Positions 14,105 to 28,084 are shown, counted from the stretch's first letter. The stretch: DNA of 64,000 nt from Octopus sinensis (GCF_006345805.1 NC_043001.1:9486001-9550000); one strand, 5' to 3'. Notes: generated by a model not told the origin, from the letters alone. Numbers and translations are program-made.

Positions 14105-14430
14105 TCAACAACATTGTTCCGAGTTCAATCCCATTGCATAGCACCTTGTGCAGGTACTCAGCTTCGGGCCAACCAGAGCCTTGTGAATGGATTTGGTAGA
14201 CGGAAATTGAAAGAAGCCTGTTATGTATATATGTATGTGTGTGTGTCTGTGTTTGTCCCCCCAACATCGCTTCACAACTGATCTTGGCGTGATTACGTCC
14301 CTGAAACATAGCGGTTCGGCAAAAGAAACCCATAAAATAAGTATTAGGCTTCCTGGGGTCGATTTCTTCGACCAAAGGCGGTGCTCCAGCATGGCCGCAG
14401 TCAAATGACTGAAACAAGTCATAAAATAAA
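14105..14430 (+). mobile_element. SINE family B
   Basis: Same consensus. Confidence 0.85.
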
Positions 14431-14899
14431 CGAACACAAGAATACTTGTACAACAATACAACAAAATATTTTAACATGATTTTATTCAAGATTTTTAAAC
14501 ATTGACTGACCATGAGGGCCCACCGGAGTAAAACTGGGAGGAAAAGGGTCCCAGAAATAATTTTTACAAATACCTAAGAACCACTGACCTTGGAGATCCA
14601 CTGCATCCTTGGAGATCTATTTAATCGTAGAATATAAGAGAGATTTGGCTGCTATTTTTAGCAGGTCAAAGTTCACTTGTTTGCTCAAGTAGTCGTACTT
14701 CTTGCAAATGTGAGACGTCGTTTTTTTTAATTCATTTTTCCAGATCTTTTCAAGGTCAGTTACATTTGTTGCCCACATTTCGCCCTAAATCAGCTCTTTT
14801 CTAGAAAACCTGTGATCAAAGATAATCCATCTGTGACCATCCAGTCTTTTCGCAAACATTGTGCACAGTTCGCTCAATACTATATCGTCTAATCACGGC

Positions 14900-15198
14900 A
14901 TCACGCAGTGTTCACCGGACTGTCGGATGTTGTTATGCATCGCTGGTCACAGTGTGATTAGCATTGTTTTACTTTTCGAATGACGCCACTCCACTGGTTA
15001 GGCGAACAGGACAACCTTCCCCCTAGTCAGGGGGTGCTATTCCGTCGTGAGGTTAACCATATACGGCTGAGTGGACTGGAGCAACGGGAAATGAAGTGTT
15101 TTGCTCAAGAACACAAAGCACAACTAGGTCCGTGAATCGAACCAGCGCTCAAGCAGTCGAGAGGGCAAAATCCTAACCACGAGGCCAAGCGCCTTCAC
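14900..15198 (-). mobile_element. tRNA-derived SINE family D
   Basis: Head gtgaaggcgc..gtggttagg..tgttcttgagcaaaacac..gttgctccagtccactcagc. Confidence 0.75.
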
Positions 15199-15780
15199 AT
15201 ATCTTTTAGTTGGTAGGGTATGATATGGGATGCGGTTGCTATTTTTAGCGGAGTGAACGACCACCTAGAGTCCTCATTGTTCACGATGCTGTTACCGTCG
15301 CCGTTGTTGTTTAACACTAGTTCATCCCTGTTTGAGAAAACCTATGATCAAAGACACTCCAACTTTGGCCATTCCTTCCTTTTACATGTTCCAGGAACTC
15401 TTCACTTGCCTCCCCCAACCTTTTCAAAGACGATAGCGTTTATTTCAGTGAGATTTGATTGCTGTTTCTAACAAATCGAGCAACCACGTAGAGACTCCGT
15501 CATTTGGTTCGGCTTTGTTGTTGTTGTTGTTGTTGATGGTGATGATGATGGTGATGGTAGTAGTAGTAGTTTGTTGTGGTGCTGGTGGTGACGGCGGTCG
15601 TGGTGGTAGCAGCGGCTGTGATGGCTGTAATGAGTGGTGATAGATGATGGTGTTGGTGAAGGCGATGGTGGTGGTGGTGGCGGCGGCGGCGGCGGTGGTG
15701 GTGGTGGTGATGGCGGTGGTGGCGTTGCTCATTCGATATTACAGCTCCCACTCATCTTACGTATAACGAGACTGGTAAAT

Positions 15781-15817
<37 letters not shown>

Positions 15818-16312
15818 CTTTCTCTCCCTCTCCCTCTCCCTCTCCCTCCCCCTCTCCTGCTGAAGTCTCTCTTTCTTCTGATTGATGTAACTTTACCGCG
15901 CTGCATCAGCTCTGTTTCTGCTAGATTTCATGTTACTGCCATGACATTGTCTCTTAAACCTACCACATGCGATATCGTTACTCGTGTAGATAGTATTGCT
16001 ACAGACAATGCGTCACGCCTACTAATTCATAAGGTCATGTGACCGCTGTTACTGTGACTGCCACATTAACCGCTACATGACTTATATTGCAATCGTTGTT
16101 GCCGTTGTTGTTATTGCTATTGTTGTCTTTCCTGCTTCTACCGCCACATGTGATCAACGCTTGTTCATGGTGATAGTGTTGCGGCTGTTGTTACTATCAC
16201 TGTTACTCCTAACAGACCACGTAACTACCGTTTTACCTTATCAGTATCCTAACGCTACATGTGATCGCCTTGTCACATGTAGCTGGGTTTGACGTTGTTG
16301 TTACTGTCTATA

Positions 16313-16706
16313 TCGGTTTCAAATTTTGACACAAGACCAGTATTTTGGTGGGAGAGGATTTGTCGATTACACCGATCCCAGTGCGTAACTGGTACTTATT
16401 TTATCGACTTCGAAAGGACGAAAGGCAAAGATTGCAACATTTCAACTCAGAACGTAGCGGCAGACGAAATACCTATTTCTTTACTACCCACAAGGGGCTA
16501 AACACAGAGGGGACAAACAAGGACAGACAAACGGATTAAGTCGACTATATCGACCCCAGTGCGTAACTGGTACTTAATTTATCGTCCCCGAAAGGATGAA
16601 AGGCAAAATAGACCTCGGCGGAATTTGAACTCAGAACGTAGCGGCAGGCGAAATACCGCGAAGCATTTCGCCCGACGCGCTAACGTTTCTGCCAGCTCAC
16701 AGCCTT
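16313..16706 (-). mobile_element. SINE family A head-to-tail dimer
   Basis: Two body units joined at gaaatacctatttcttt; one head. Confidence 0.88.
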
Positions 16707-16914
16707 ATCAACTCAAATACCACAAGTTAAATAACAGTAACAACAGCAGCAACAAAGCAACTCATTGTTCAATAAATGAATATTGTGCCCCCACCCAGCC
16801 TTAAATATCGTTAATATAAGAGAACTGTTTGGTAATTTTAAATTTTATCAACAACTTTGTCACGTCACCGAACACTTGGTCTTGTAATCGCGTCTACATT
16901 CACTTCTAATAACG

Positions 16915-17105
16915 CGTTAAAAGCGGTTCAAGAACACATTCAATGCTTCCTGATACCTGGGAAACGTAAACACAAGACCGCCCTGCCTGGCGAAGATACG
17001 CCAAAAGGGGTGGTGCCACTCCTACAAACGGAACATGGTTGCAGGAGCTCGAAGGAAACGCGAACTACTAAAGTCCTGGGCGAATTTCTTGCCTTCCGTC
17101 CCAAC
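16915..17105 (+). mobile_element. RTE-like LINE 3' coding remnant
   Basis: KRFKNTFNAS / PDTWET*TQDRPAWRR resembles the RTE ORF C-terminus. Confidence 0.55.
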
Positions 17106-17728
17106 AGAGGGTGGTGGTGGCAGTGGTGGTTGTGGCGGTGGTGGTGGTAGTGGTGGTGGTGGTGGTGTTGGTGGTGGTGGTTGTGGTGGTAATTGTGGTG
17201 GTGGTAGTGTGTTATTGTTGTTTTGAAGTTGTAGTGGTGGTTGTGGTGGTGGTGGTGGTCGTCGTCGTCGTCGTCATCGCCCCAACTTGTAGAACCTTCC
17301 AAGCACACATTTGACTGATGGCCACGGCCGGAAACACCATGCTCCCCCCCACACACACACACACACTGATGTCCAACGACGGATAAACAAACAATATATT
17401 AACTGTGTCTCTCACGAAGCTATAATTAGAATTTCTAGCATAAAAAGGGGCCTTTCTTCCTATCCAATCTTTTGTAACTACAAAACATGAAGAGCCCATT
17501 ACAAGGAAGAGCAGTCAGTTGTCTTTATCGACCATGTACTTTTAAATATTGTACTCTAAGTATATTCAAGTACTTTGCCTCCATGTTTCAGACACGAAGC
17601 TGGTTTCATTGTAAAGAATATTTTTGACTTGTAACTTTCCATTGTTTTGCTTTGTTGTTATCATTTCGTTGTTGTTAATATTATTTTTTCCCCCTCCCTA
17701 GTCCTGAAATGACAATTTTCTTTCTCTG

Positions 17729-17923
17729 GAGCAATTTCGCATCAATAAAAGATGTTCTCTGAACATTTTATGTGGCTTAGAAGTAAGTAAAAATGATCAA
17801 ATCAAATTGCAAGCATTTTTATGTTAGGAAAATTTGTAACATAATTTTCTCCCTCCTTCTCTCTCTCTCACTTTCACCCTTTCTTTTTCTACACAGACAC
17901 ACACACAAATATACTTAAACACA

Positions 17924-17954
<31 letters not shown>

Positions 17955-18173
17955 CACACGCACATATCCATATATGCACACACACACACATATATATATA
18001 TATATGCATGTGTGTGTTTGGGTGTGGGTGTAATATAGTTTTATAGTTTTTATTTAATTTCTCTTCTGTGACTTCTCTGGTTGATTTGATGAGTTTTTTT
18101 TATTATCTATATTTTTTCTTAAATCATATAAAATTACACTGAACATCTTTTTATTGATGCAAAATTGACTCAG
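17729..18173. mobile_element. Fold-back MITE-like element with long imperfect TIRs
   Basis: gagcaatttcgcatcaataaaagatgttc (17729) vs gaacatctttttattgatgcaaaattgactc (18141-18171); similarity extends inward. Confidence 0.55.
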
Positions 18174-18949
18174 ATTTTTGAATGGCTCACATCTTACGTT
18201 TGATCATTATCAGTGCTGCAAGAGTTACCATGGCCATTATGATAATGATTTCTAAAGGAATAAGCGGTGTGGGTTTTCACAAAGATTTAAAATCAATAGC
18301 CTACTTAGTTTTGGACTATTGATTTTACTTACAGTAATTTAGGACGTAAAGAAAAAAAAATCTATCAGATAGAAAAGAAGCATTGAATTGTATTAAATAT
18401 GGTTGTTTGGGTTATCTACTTCAAAATCTGCTACTTGATATGTATATATTCAATATTCGTTTGAGATATTTGTGAGTTTTGAATACATACTATTGAAAAT
18501 AGAAGCTAAAGATTTGCCACGTAAAGAGAAATTTTAGAAATATTTGCAATGAAGAGAGAGAAAACTTTAAAACTGGTCTTAAAATTGAATTCTGACTTGA
18601 AACTGAAGCTATACAACTTATACGGTTGTAAAACGAATTTAAAACTTTAGTTATGATCTTTATCTTAAATGTGTGTTTTGATTCAATCTTTAATACTGAA
18701 GGTCTCTTATTTCTCGTTTAATGTTGGCAGTAGGTGGCAGCAGCATTAGTCTCGATGTGAATTCTGATTACATTGGCTATTCGTTCCATTCGAAACACTT
18801 CATTCAGTTCGTAATTCTCAACAAACCGATGTTTAAATGCTTCGAGGGGACAGAGCTAAATTCCTGGGCAGAACTGCTGAAGTATTTGGTTTCCTTCTTA
18901 AACCAAAATGTATATCACGTGATCAACCAGCCTATTGGATGTTGTTGTA

Positions 18950-19199
18950 CATCAATGATCGATCACAATGCACTTTGAATCGTTTTAGCTTCTGTGTGAT
19001 GCCATGTTGCTGGCTAGGTAAGCAGGCCATCATTCGTCCCCGATCGGAAAAATAGTTCATCGCAGGGTAACTCCACTTAAATCTGAGTGAAATGATGTGT
19101 TTTGTTCCAGAATACAATTCGCCACTCGACCCAGGGATCGAACATACGACCTAGCGATCTTAAGTCCAGCACCCTAACCATTAGGCTATGCGCTTTCAC
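18950..19199 (-). mobile_element. SINE family D (degenerate)
   Basis: Similar to 14900-15198. Confidence 0.65.
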
Positions 19200-19719
19200 A
19201 AAAGTATAGATACATCTGTATTTGTGTTCATTTATTGTCATCACTGCTTTAATACTCAAGTGTATTTTTTCTCAACACTGCTTAATTTTTGACAGTCAAA
19301 TCTGACTGAGACTATTTTATCAAAGTAGTTTGGTAGTTAATTTTTGAGTTTGTGTTTGACCCCCGCTCCATCACCGATTGATAACCGGTGTTGGTATGGT
19401 TACTTTCCTTTAACTTAGCGGTTCGGCACTAGATATCAGCCTGAATTTAGATTTATTAACCCCTTTTACCCCAGATTCAACGATATTCTTGATTCCATAT
19501 CATTAAAACTGATTCTGCACATCGTCAAACCCGGAATAACTCTTCGTACAAACTCTACAGATACTATGGAATTCCGGTTGTATATCCAATGTAAGGAGTA
19601 TTCTCACTGTATGGCATTAGGTAGCCAATAGCTGTGGACGAGCTTTGCATAGCATAGTACAAGGATTTTACCCAAATTTTCATCAATTACTCACGTGCGC
19701 ACGCACATACTAACACTTC

Positions 19720-20026
19720 ATCGCTGACGATGATAAATGTTCCAGCTGAGCCTGCTCGGGAAATTAGAAACTAGCATAGAAGTGGCCGAGTCCTCCACAG
19801 ACACACGTACCCTTGACGTAGTTCTCAGGGAGATTCAGCGTGACACTGAATGTGACAAGGCTGCTTCTTTGTAATACAGATACGACTCATTTTTTCCATC
19901 TCAGTAAACTGGAGCAACGTGAAATAAAACGCCTGGCTCATGGTTAGAAATCGTCGCCGAGAATCGAACTTACAACCGTACGATCGTGCGGCAAATACTT
20001 CTAACCACTAAGCCACGCGCCTTCAC
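19720..20026 (-). mobile_element. SINE family D head with family C-type tail
   Basis: Head as 14900 copy; tail gtcacgctgaatctccc..gagaactacgt as in family C. Confidence 0.8.
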
Positions 20027-20040
20027 AAGAGACTTTATAT

Positions 20041-20447
20041 GTATTTCTTTATTGCCCACAAGGGGTTAAACATAGAGGGGACAAACAAGGACAGACAAAG
20101 GGATTAAGTCGATTACATCGACCCCAGTGTGAAACTGGTACTTTATTTATCGACCCCGAAAGGATGAAAGGCAAAGTCGACCTCGGCGGAATTTGAACTC
20201 AAAACGTAACGACAGACGAAATAGTTATTTCTTTACTACCCACAGGGGGTTAAACACAGAGGGGACAAACAAGGACAGACAAATGGATTAAGTCGATTAT
20301 ATCGACCCCAGTGCGAAACAGGTACTTTATTTATCGACCCCGAAAGGATGAAAGGCAAAGTCGACCTCGGTTGAATTTGAACTCAGAACGTAGCGGCAGA
20401 CGAAATACTGCCCGGCGCGTTAACGTTTCTGCCAGCTCGCCGCCTTG
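20041..20447 (-). mobile_element. SINE family A dimer with 13-bp TSD
   Basis: TSD agagactttatat at 20028-20040 and 20448-20460. Confidence 0.92.
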
Positions 20448-21125
20448 AGAGACTTTATATAACATACATACATTCATACTATAACATGTTTTGAACAAGT
20501 GCTGAAAGTAAAATTTGTTTAAGTAATTTTGTCTCTTTACAGCTCCAATATATTTTTGAGAAACCTTTGAAGCCCACAGAAGAACTCTTGAGAACTTGTT
20601 ATATAAATAGACATTAATGTGTTTTAACATACCACCACAATTATAAAGCTTCTCAAACCGTATATTATTTAGTCTGAAAATCAAATATAATTAAGAATGA
20701 AAACTGTGTAGACGTCCTTGAAGCATATACGTACCTATGTGTATGTCTGTGTAAATGTCTGTGTGCGTGCGTCTGTGAGTCTGTATGTGAGTTTGTATGT
20801 GTGTATTGTATGTGTGTGTGTCTTGTGTGTGTCTTGTGTGTGTGTGTGTCTTGTATGTGTGTGTGTGTGTGTGTTAACGTTTACGCTAGTGTAGAAGCAG
20901 ATGCTGTTTTATGCTGTGTCCATTTGTGTGCATTAGCTGAACGGTTCATCAGATAAAGATCGATGGAATAAAATAACTACTGCACTAATTAAGTGCTGGA
21001 CGTGATTTGATTGATTAATAAATTGAAGGTGGCGCTGCTGTGCCACTGCAGTGAAATTGCTGTATATATATGTGGTGTATGTGTGTGTGTGTGTGTGCGT
21101 CCGTGGGTGTGTGTATGTGTGTATT

Positions 21126-21187
<62 letters not shown>

Positions 21188-21439
21188 CGCCCGTACACAT
21201 ATGTGTGTGTGTGTGTGCACGTTTGTGAGTGTGCTTGTTGGTGTTTGTGTGTATGTGTGTGTGTGTGTGTATGTTTGCAAAGATACGTGCGTTCCTTTAT
21301 GAAACGAATGAGAAAGCAGAACTCAATACATGCTGTAGAGCATTTATTTTATTAAGAACGAAAACAGGAAAAACTGAAATCTCGCGATTACAGTTTATTC
21401 TCGCTCTTGGCTTCGGTTTAAAAAGAGAGTATACACAGG

Positions 21440-21606
21440 AGTGAGTGAGAGAGTGAGTGAGTGGGAGTGAGTGAGCGACTGGGTGAGTAAGTGAGTGAGA
21501 GTGACTGAGTGAATGAGTGGATGAGTGAGTGAGTGAGTGAGTAAGTGAGTGGATGAGAGAGTGAGTGAGTGGATGAGCGAGTGAGCGAGTGAGTGAGTGA
21601 GTGAGT
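21440..21606. repeat. (GAGT)n repeat
   Basis: Directly visible. Confidence 0.95.
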
Positions 21607-21814
21607 TTCGCGTTAGCACTTTTAACTACGACTAAGATTTTGTTATAAAGTAGAAGCATAAAAAGTTGTCAGAATATCAAAAGATGTTAATGCTTAAAAG
21701 CAAAACAATTATTTGACATTTAACTGCCGGTAAAGCGACGTACAATAAAATATAATTGAGAATTACTGATAGAAAGAAGTTGACCCAAAAGAATAATTAG
21801 AGAAATAAAAAACA

Positions 21815-22015
21815 TCGGTTTCAAATTTTGGCACAAGGCCATCAATTTCAGGGAAGGGGCAAATCGGTTACATCGACCACTTTAATCAACTGGAATTTAT
21901 TTGATTGACCCCGAAAGGATAAAAGGTAAAGCCGACCATGGTAGAATTTGAACTCAGAACGTAAAGACGAGCGAAATACCGTGAACAATTTTGCCCGGAG
22001 GTGTTAACGATCCTA
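21815..22015 (-). mobile_element. SINE family A (degenerate)
   Basis: Consensus match. Confidence 0.75.
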
Positions 22016-22423
22016 CACACAGCACACAGATCAAGAGAAATAATATGTTTTAGGTTAAAACGAAAGTTTTGCTGCATTTCAAGATGGAGAAAGTCGCAAA
22101 AGATTTTTCGGTGTTATATGGCGGGTGCTTCTTTGTCATTGGGTGCTAACCATTACTGCTTTGGTTCGATATGATTACAGAGAACCAGCGTTTCATTAAT
22201 TGTGATGAACCTGCCAAAGAAAGATTCTGTAGCAAGCCTACTCTTCAATCATGTATAGAGGGCAACTCTTTGATTAAGCTGAGAAGAATTCAGGTGACAA
22301 ATGACCCACAGAACCAAATTTAGACATTTCTTCTTGTTTATGAAGGTGTTTTATGATATAAATGTAACTTGAATTGAAATGTTTTGCCATTTCACGTGTA
22401 GTCTGCTTTGAATTTTCAGCAAT

Positions 22424-22836
22424 AGGCGCAGGAGTGGCTGTGTGGTAAGTAGCTTGTCTACCAACCACATGGTTCCGGGTTCAGTCCCACTGCGTGGCAC
22501 CTTGGGCAAGTGTCTTCTACTATAGCCTCAGGCCGACCAAAGCCTTGTGAGTGGATTTGGTAGACGGAAACTGAAAGAAGCCCGTCGTATATATGTATAT
22601 ATATATGTGTGTGCGTGTTTGTGTGTCTGTGTCTGTCCCCCTAGCATTGCTTGACAACCGATGCTGGTGTGTTTATATCCCCATCACTTAGCGGTTCGGC
22701 AAAAAGAGACCGATTGAATACGTACTGGGCTTACAAAGAATAAGTCCCGGGGTCGAGTTGCTCGACTAAAGGCGGTGCTCCAGCATGGCCGCAGTCAAAT
22801 GACTGAAACAAAAGAGTTAAAAGAGTAAAAAGAGTA
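22424..22836 (+). mobile_element. SINE family B, full length
   Basis: Head, CORE-like box, microsatellite, tail ggcggtgctccagcatggccgcag..aaaagagt. Confidence 0.93.
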
Positions 22837-23403
22837 ATTACAGTTTTCAGAAGCTCAGTATTGACAAAACTTGGTCGTCCAGATAGAGTGGAATCTACGA
22901 AGGAAAAACTTCCTGAACGAAACCGACCAAACTATCAAGGACATAGCTGGACACTTAATGCTTCATTTCCATCGACGGAACGAAATCCTCGAGTTGCTTC
23001 CATTTCTTAAGAGACCCCTTTGGGTTTACACAGCACGCAGTGTCTGATATAGGGCTGAACTAAATTCCGTTTTTAAGGGTAAAATCGACTCGAATTTAAC
23101 AACTCTGGTGTAACTGAAAATAAAATAAAAAAATAAAAACGCTGTAACAAGGAATGCTTATATTACTGTCAGTATTGGAAAAGGTACCCTCAAAGTGATT
23201 ATATCAAAAACGCACCGGGAATTTTTTTTCCAACGTAATAAAAGCTAAGTTGAAGCAGAAAATGAGAAAAGTTAAAAGGAAAGACTAAAGGAGAGAGAGG
23301 AGAAAGAAAACTAAAAAGAAATGGAAGAAGAGAAAAAGGAATGAAAGAATGAAAATCGAAGGCCAAACTGACACGTATCTACAAGTATTACAATATAGGG
23401 TGT

Positions 23404-23763
23404 GTGGAGGCACAATGGCCCAGCGGTTAGAGCAGCGGACTCGTGGTCGTAGGATCACGGTTTCGATTCTCTGACCGGGCGTTGTGAGTGTTTATTGAGC
23501 GAAAACACCTAAAGCTTCACGAGGCTCTGGCAGCTAGTGGTGGGGGACCCTGTTGTACTCTTCCTCTCACTCTTTCTTCCTGTTTCTGTTATATCTGTAT
23601 ATCAAAGGGCCAGCCTTGTCACACTCTGTGTCACGCTGAATCTCCCCGAGAACTGCGTTAAGGGTACACATGACTGTGGAGTGCTCAGCCACTTGCACGT
23701 TAATTTCACGAGCAGACTGTTCCGTTGATTGGAACCCTGGTCGTCGAAACCGACGGAGTGCCA
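23404..23763 (+). mobile_element. SINE family C, full length
   Basis: Head and tail consensus. Confidence 0.9.
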
Positions 23764-24027
23764 CGATGATTAGTTATCATAAGCTAATGAAGAAAGTGTA
23801 TCTATATTTGAGACAGAAAGGAAGAAGGGAAGTATTGTCGCAGAAAGGAAAAGGGGAAGTTAAACCTAATTAAACGGGGTAGAGAAAAATACAGAAGTGG
23901 AGAAAAATACAAAGTATATTAGGTAGGGAAACGTGGAGGAGATGCATTCCGAATAAGGTAGAGAGGAAGAGAGGAGAAAATTTAAGCACATAGAGATAAG
24001 TTATCTCTCTCTTCCTCTCTCTCTCTC

Positions 24028-24085
<58 letters not shown>

Positions 24086-24256
24086 TCTATAACAAAAGTT
24101 AAACTTGATCCTCACTTTAATGTGGAGGTTGTGTTAGAAATAGAATACTGCACTGTTTACCTTGAGAGGGTCTCTCATGAGGACACATGGTGCATAAAAG
24201 AACACATAACTATATTGTTGACAGACGACAATTGTCTGGTATGTTTGACAGAACTG

Positions 24257-24297
24257 CCAGATCATATGATTTCACCCTGCAGTGGGTTCCTCAGTGG
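24257..24297 (-). ncRNA. Minimal type I hammerhead ribozyme, intact core
   Basis: CCA-CUGAGGA-ACCC(acugca)GGGU-GAAA-UCAUAUG-AUC/UGG; helix III palindrome AUCAUAUGAU. Confidence 0.8.
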
Positions 24298-25174
24298 AAG
24301 ATATCCAGCAGTACAATAACAGCTGAATTTCCCATCAACGATATATAGATTCTCATTGCCAGTGTGATTATTAAACCATAATTAATGGTGATAGAAGCAG
24401 TATTTTTACCAAAAGGTAGGCTTGATCTCTAACGTCGCTATTAATTATTTAGTTCGATGCGCGATTATACGAAGTGGATAAGTAGGTTGATTGAAAATCA
24501 GTTTGAAATAGTAAATAACTGTGAGTAAAGTAGACCGTATTATGCTTAACTGTTCTGCTCAGACAACCTCTCGACCTTAGCAAAAACGCTAGATATTAAG
24601 AGTTAAGATCTACGCAGACACAAAGGTAAGATAAATTATTTTTTGTCTGTTTGCTCATATATTACCTATCTATTTCCTTATTTTCCTTTAAGCTTTGTTT
24701 TATTTAGGACCGCTCTCTTGGGCCGGCTGAAGGGAATTTGTGGTTTACGATGTAATGGTAACTGATTTTGGTTTCAATTGTGATATGCAAATGAAATTAT
24801 CACAATAGAATCAACTTGTGGTATACATTGTATGGAATATTGTTTGCTTTAGCGAACTTTAGCAAACTCTTTATGTTTATATCTGAAGAATCCGTGCTTA
24901 CCAATATTACTGAAATAACAAGTAGTATTCAATATATTATATGATAATATTTTGGCAATGATCTGCTGGTAAAGCGGAGATTATGCAACAAAATGTGTTT
25001 GCTCAAATCCAGCTTCTCTTGTTTGCATATTTTATCTATATTTTTCACGGATATTCACGGATTTCTTTATGTATCTTCACTAATACGAACGGTTTTCACA
25101 GTAAAACCGTGTCTGTTACTCGATACCTGTATGCGGGCTTCCTAATGCAAACTACAAGGTTCATACCCAAATTG

Positions 25175-25217
<43 letters not shown>

Positions 25218-25221
<4 letters not shown>

Positions 25222-25293
25222 ATGGCCATAAGTTGCTTTACTCATTTCTAATACTAATAAAGAAATGGATAAAGCAGCTTATGGTCATACCTG
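25218..25293. mobile_element. ~76-bp palindromic Tc1/mariner-type mini-MITE
   Basis: ggatggccataagttgcttta ... taaagcagcttatggtcatacctg|ta; TA flanks. Confidence 0.7.
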
Positions 25294-25388
25294 TATATAA
25301 TGATATATATATATTTATTTATTTATCTATATATATGTGTGTGTGTGTGTGTGTGTCTGTGTGTGTGTGTATATGTATGTATGGTATG

Positions 25389-25419
<31 letters not shown>

Positions 25420-25420
25420 C

Positions 25421-25458
<38 letters not shown>

Positions 25459-26119
25459 ATATTTATATATGTATGTATGCATGAATGTATATGTATGTTT
25501 GTATGTATAACAAATTAAAATAATTTTGGTACAAAACGTCAACAAAATCCAGAAATGCATTTGATAACAGTTTACAGAGCATTTTCAAAGAAAAATACGA
25601 GTTGCAAAAGAGAAGTGTAGATATTCAAAGAATATTCAAAGGACTTCAAAGAACATCTAAAATGTTTTAAAGAATTTCAAAGAGATACAACCTCTGAAGA
25701 AACAAGCGAATACATCTTGAGATAAGTTGAATTTCCGTTACAACTACTTATTTAAATAAAGAAATTTCTCTCATTACGTTTCTCCAAAATTAAATAAATA
25801 AAACCGAGACATTAATTCGAAAAACATCACAGAGGTTCCAATGTTATGCAATCTAGGTCCAACAATATATGGTATAGGAAATTCACTACAGCGCACAATA
25901 TCACGAATTTCGTAAGGTCACTGTTACAATTGTCAGACATGCTGTAACAGAAAGTTAGAATTTTTCTCTGCATGCATAAAATGTACGTCTGGCGTGCATA
26001 TCTATCTTTAAATGTAAGTTCTGCAATTCTTATTAGGTTTCATCTAACAAATTAGAATCTACTGTCCGTGTGTACACATACATTTTGGGGTAGTGCATGA
26101 AAGTGAGCGCGCGTGTATA

Positions 26120-26333
26120 AGCATATATAAAGTTCCTGGCTTTAAAGGGATCGTGAAAGGCTTGATTGGAGGACCAAACATCTGAGCTCTTTTACAGGGC
26201 TTAGAAAAATCGATGGCCCGCTGCGATAAGTGTGTGATTCTGAGAAGAGAATATGTTGAATAAATCCATAATTAAGTGATCCCCAGCATTTTCTTTCCCC
26301 CAAAGCCAGGAATTTTTCAGCCCCACCTCGTGT
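26120..26333 (+). mobile_element. Mariner-derived MITE
   Basis: TIRs aagttcctggcttt / aaagccaggaattt; internal LQGLEKSMARCDKCVILRREYVE* resembles the mariner transposase C-terminus. Confidence 0.75.
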
Positions 26334-26498
26334 ATAAATGTGTGTGTGCTTGTGTCTAGATAGATAGATAGATAGATAGATATAATACGCATATACATAA
26401 CATTCGTATACGTGCGTATGTAAATATCTGATATACTTACATAAGATACGCACACTCGCACGCATACACAGACACACACAGACACACACAAACACACA

Positions 26499-26548
<50 letters not shown>

Positions 26549-26550
26549 GC

Positions 26551-26587
<37 letters not shown>

Positions 26588-26597
26588 GATGTGGGTG

Positions 26598-26630
<33 letters not shown>

Positions 26631-27027
26631 ATGTATATATAATGGAACGAAAACGCGATAGAGGACAATAAAACATTCGAACAGATAGACGATGAAAATG
26701 CAGACAAGAGATACAACAATTAGAAGGACAGGCAAAAAAGGACGGGTCATTCATGTCCTTCTTTCCTCAGTTAAGTTACCAGTAGTCCTTACTGTTTCGG
26801 GCAGTTACAGAGACAGTTCGATCTGGTTGCCGCAAAAAAAGTCTAAGTTAAGAGCATTAGATTTTTTATAAGAAAGCTTGAGAATGTGTACCGCAACAAA
26901 GACAAAAAACTGAAAACATCATGGTACAAAATTACAAATAGAAACAACAAGAAAATAATAACAGGTGTCTTTCGATTGAGAACGAATCAAATTGTGCTGG
27001 CGTGTATGAAATGAAAGCCTATATATA

Positions 27028-27099
<72 letters not shown>

Positions 27100-27109
27100 G
27101 ATATATATA

Positions 27110-27110
27110 T

Positions 27111-27172
<62 letters not shown>

Positions 27173-27237
27173 TAGATAGATAGATAGATAGATACATAGA
27201 TACATAGATAGATAGATAGATAGGTAGATAGATAGAT

Positions 27238-27325
<88 letters not shown>

Positions 27326-27335
27326 GATAGAGATA
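27110..27335. repeat. (GATA)n repeat
   Basis: Directly visible. Confidence 0.95.
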
Positions 27336-28084
27336 TATACACATACTGATATGAGCATGATTGTAAGATGGTAGCAATAGTGGCTTAAGTCAAAAGAAAA
27401 TCCACTCCTCAATGTACTCAGACAACGAGTTACTCAATACACAACAACGGTGTTATTGTCAATTACACCACGAACATGTTTCGATCATTGGGCTTTACTT
27501 AGCTTCCGGATTGAACAAGTTCAAGTTTACCTTCTATGCGTCAATGATATTGTTTGAGTAGTTTCTTTTAGAATCATTCATATTGACAGTACAGAAATTT
27601 CTGATTTTATGGGAGAGAGTGAAGTTTTTTTGTTCTCTACACAAACTACAAGTTATCTGCTAGGAAGTTATGAACTTTATGAAATTTAATTCACATTAAG
27701 TATAAGAGTATAAGTATACTTTATGACTAATGGGATTTCCATTTCCATCTGCATTTATTTTCCATGAATATTCAGTCGTGAATCTGTGTCGTTGAAATAC
27801 GCAAGTCTTCTCATTCTACACAAAATATCCTCTGCTTTTACAGTCAGTTTTTTCAAATACGCTTTATCTGATGGTGTAGGAATATTCTTGACTGAAACTT
27901 ACAGTATATATATATATATATATATATATACATTTTCTGCTATTCTTTCCCCTAAGTAAAGATAGAATATGAAATGCAAGGGTTATACGTATATATATAT
28001 ATGAGCCCAAAATAAGGCAGGAAAAAATAGCACGCCACTACCAAATAAAATATATTATTGAATTTATTGAAACCTAAAACTTCA

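Noticed and set aside
23404-23480. tRNA gene-like sequences (A/B boxes)
   Set aside because: Heads of multi-copy SINEs continuing into SINE bodies; no intact cloverleaf
24562-24757. GT-AG intron-like segment (24626-24707) with flanking candidate exons
   Set aside because: The joined sequence gives no convincing open frame or recognisable protein
26640-26920. pLTR-like insert in (TA)n with GAAAC-A-GUA on the minus strand
   Set aside because: No CUGANGA box at the required position; cannot call a ribozyme
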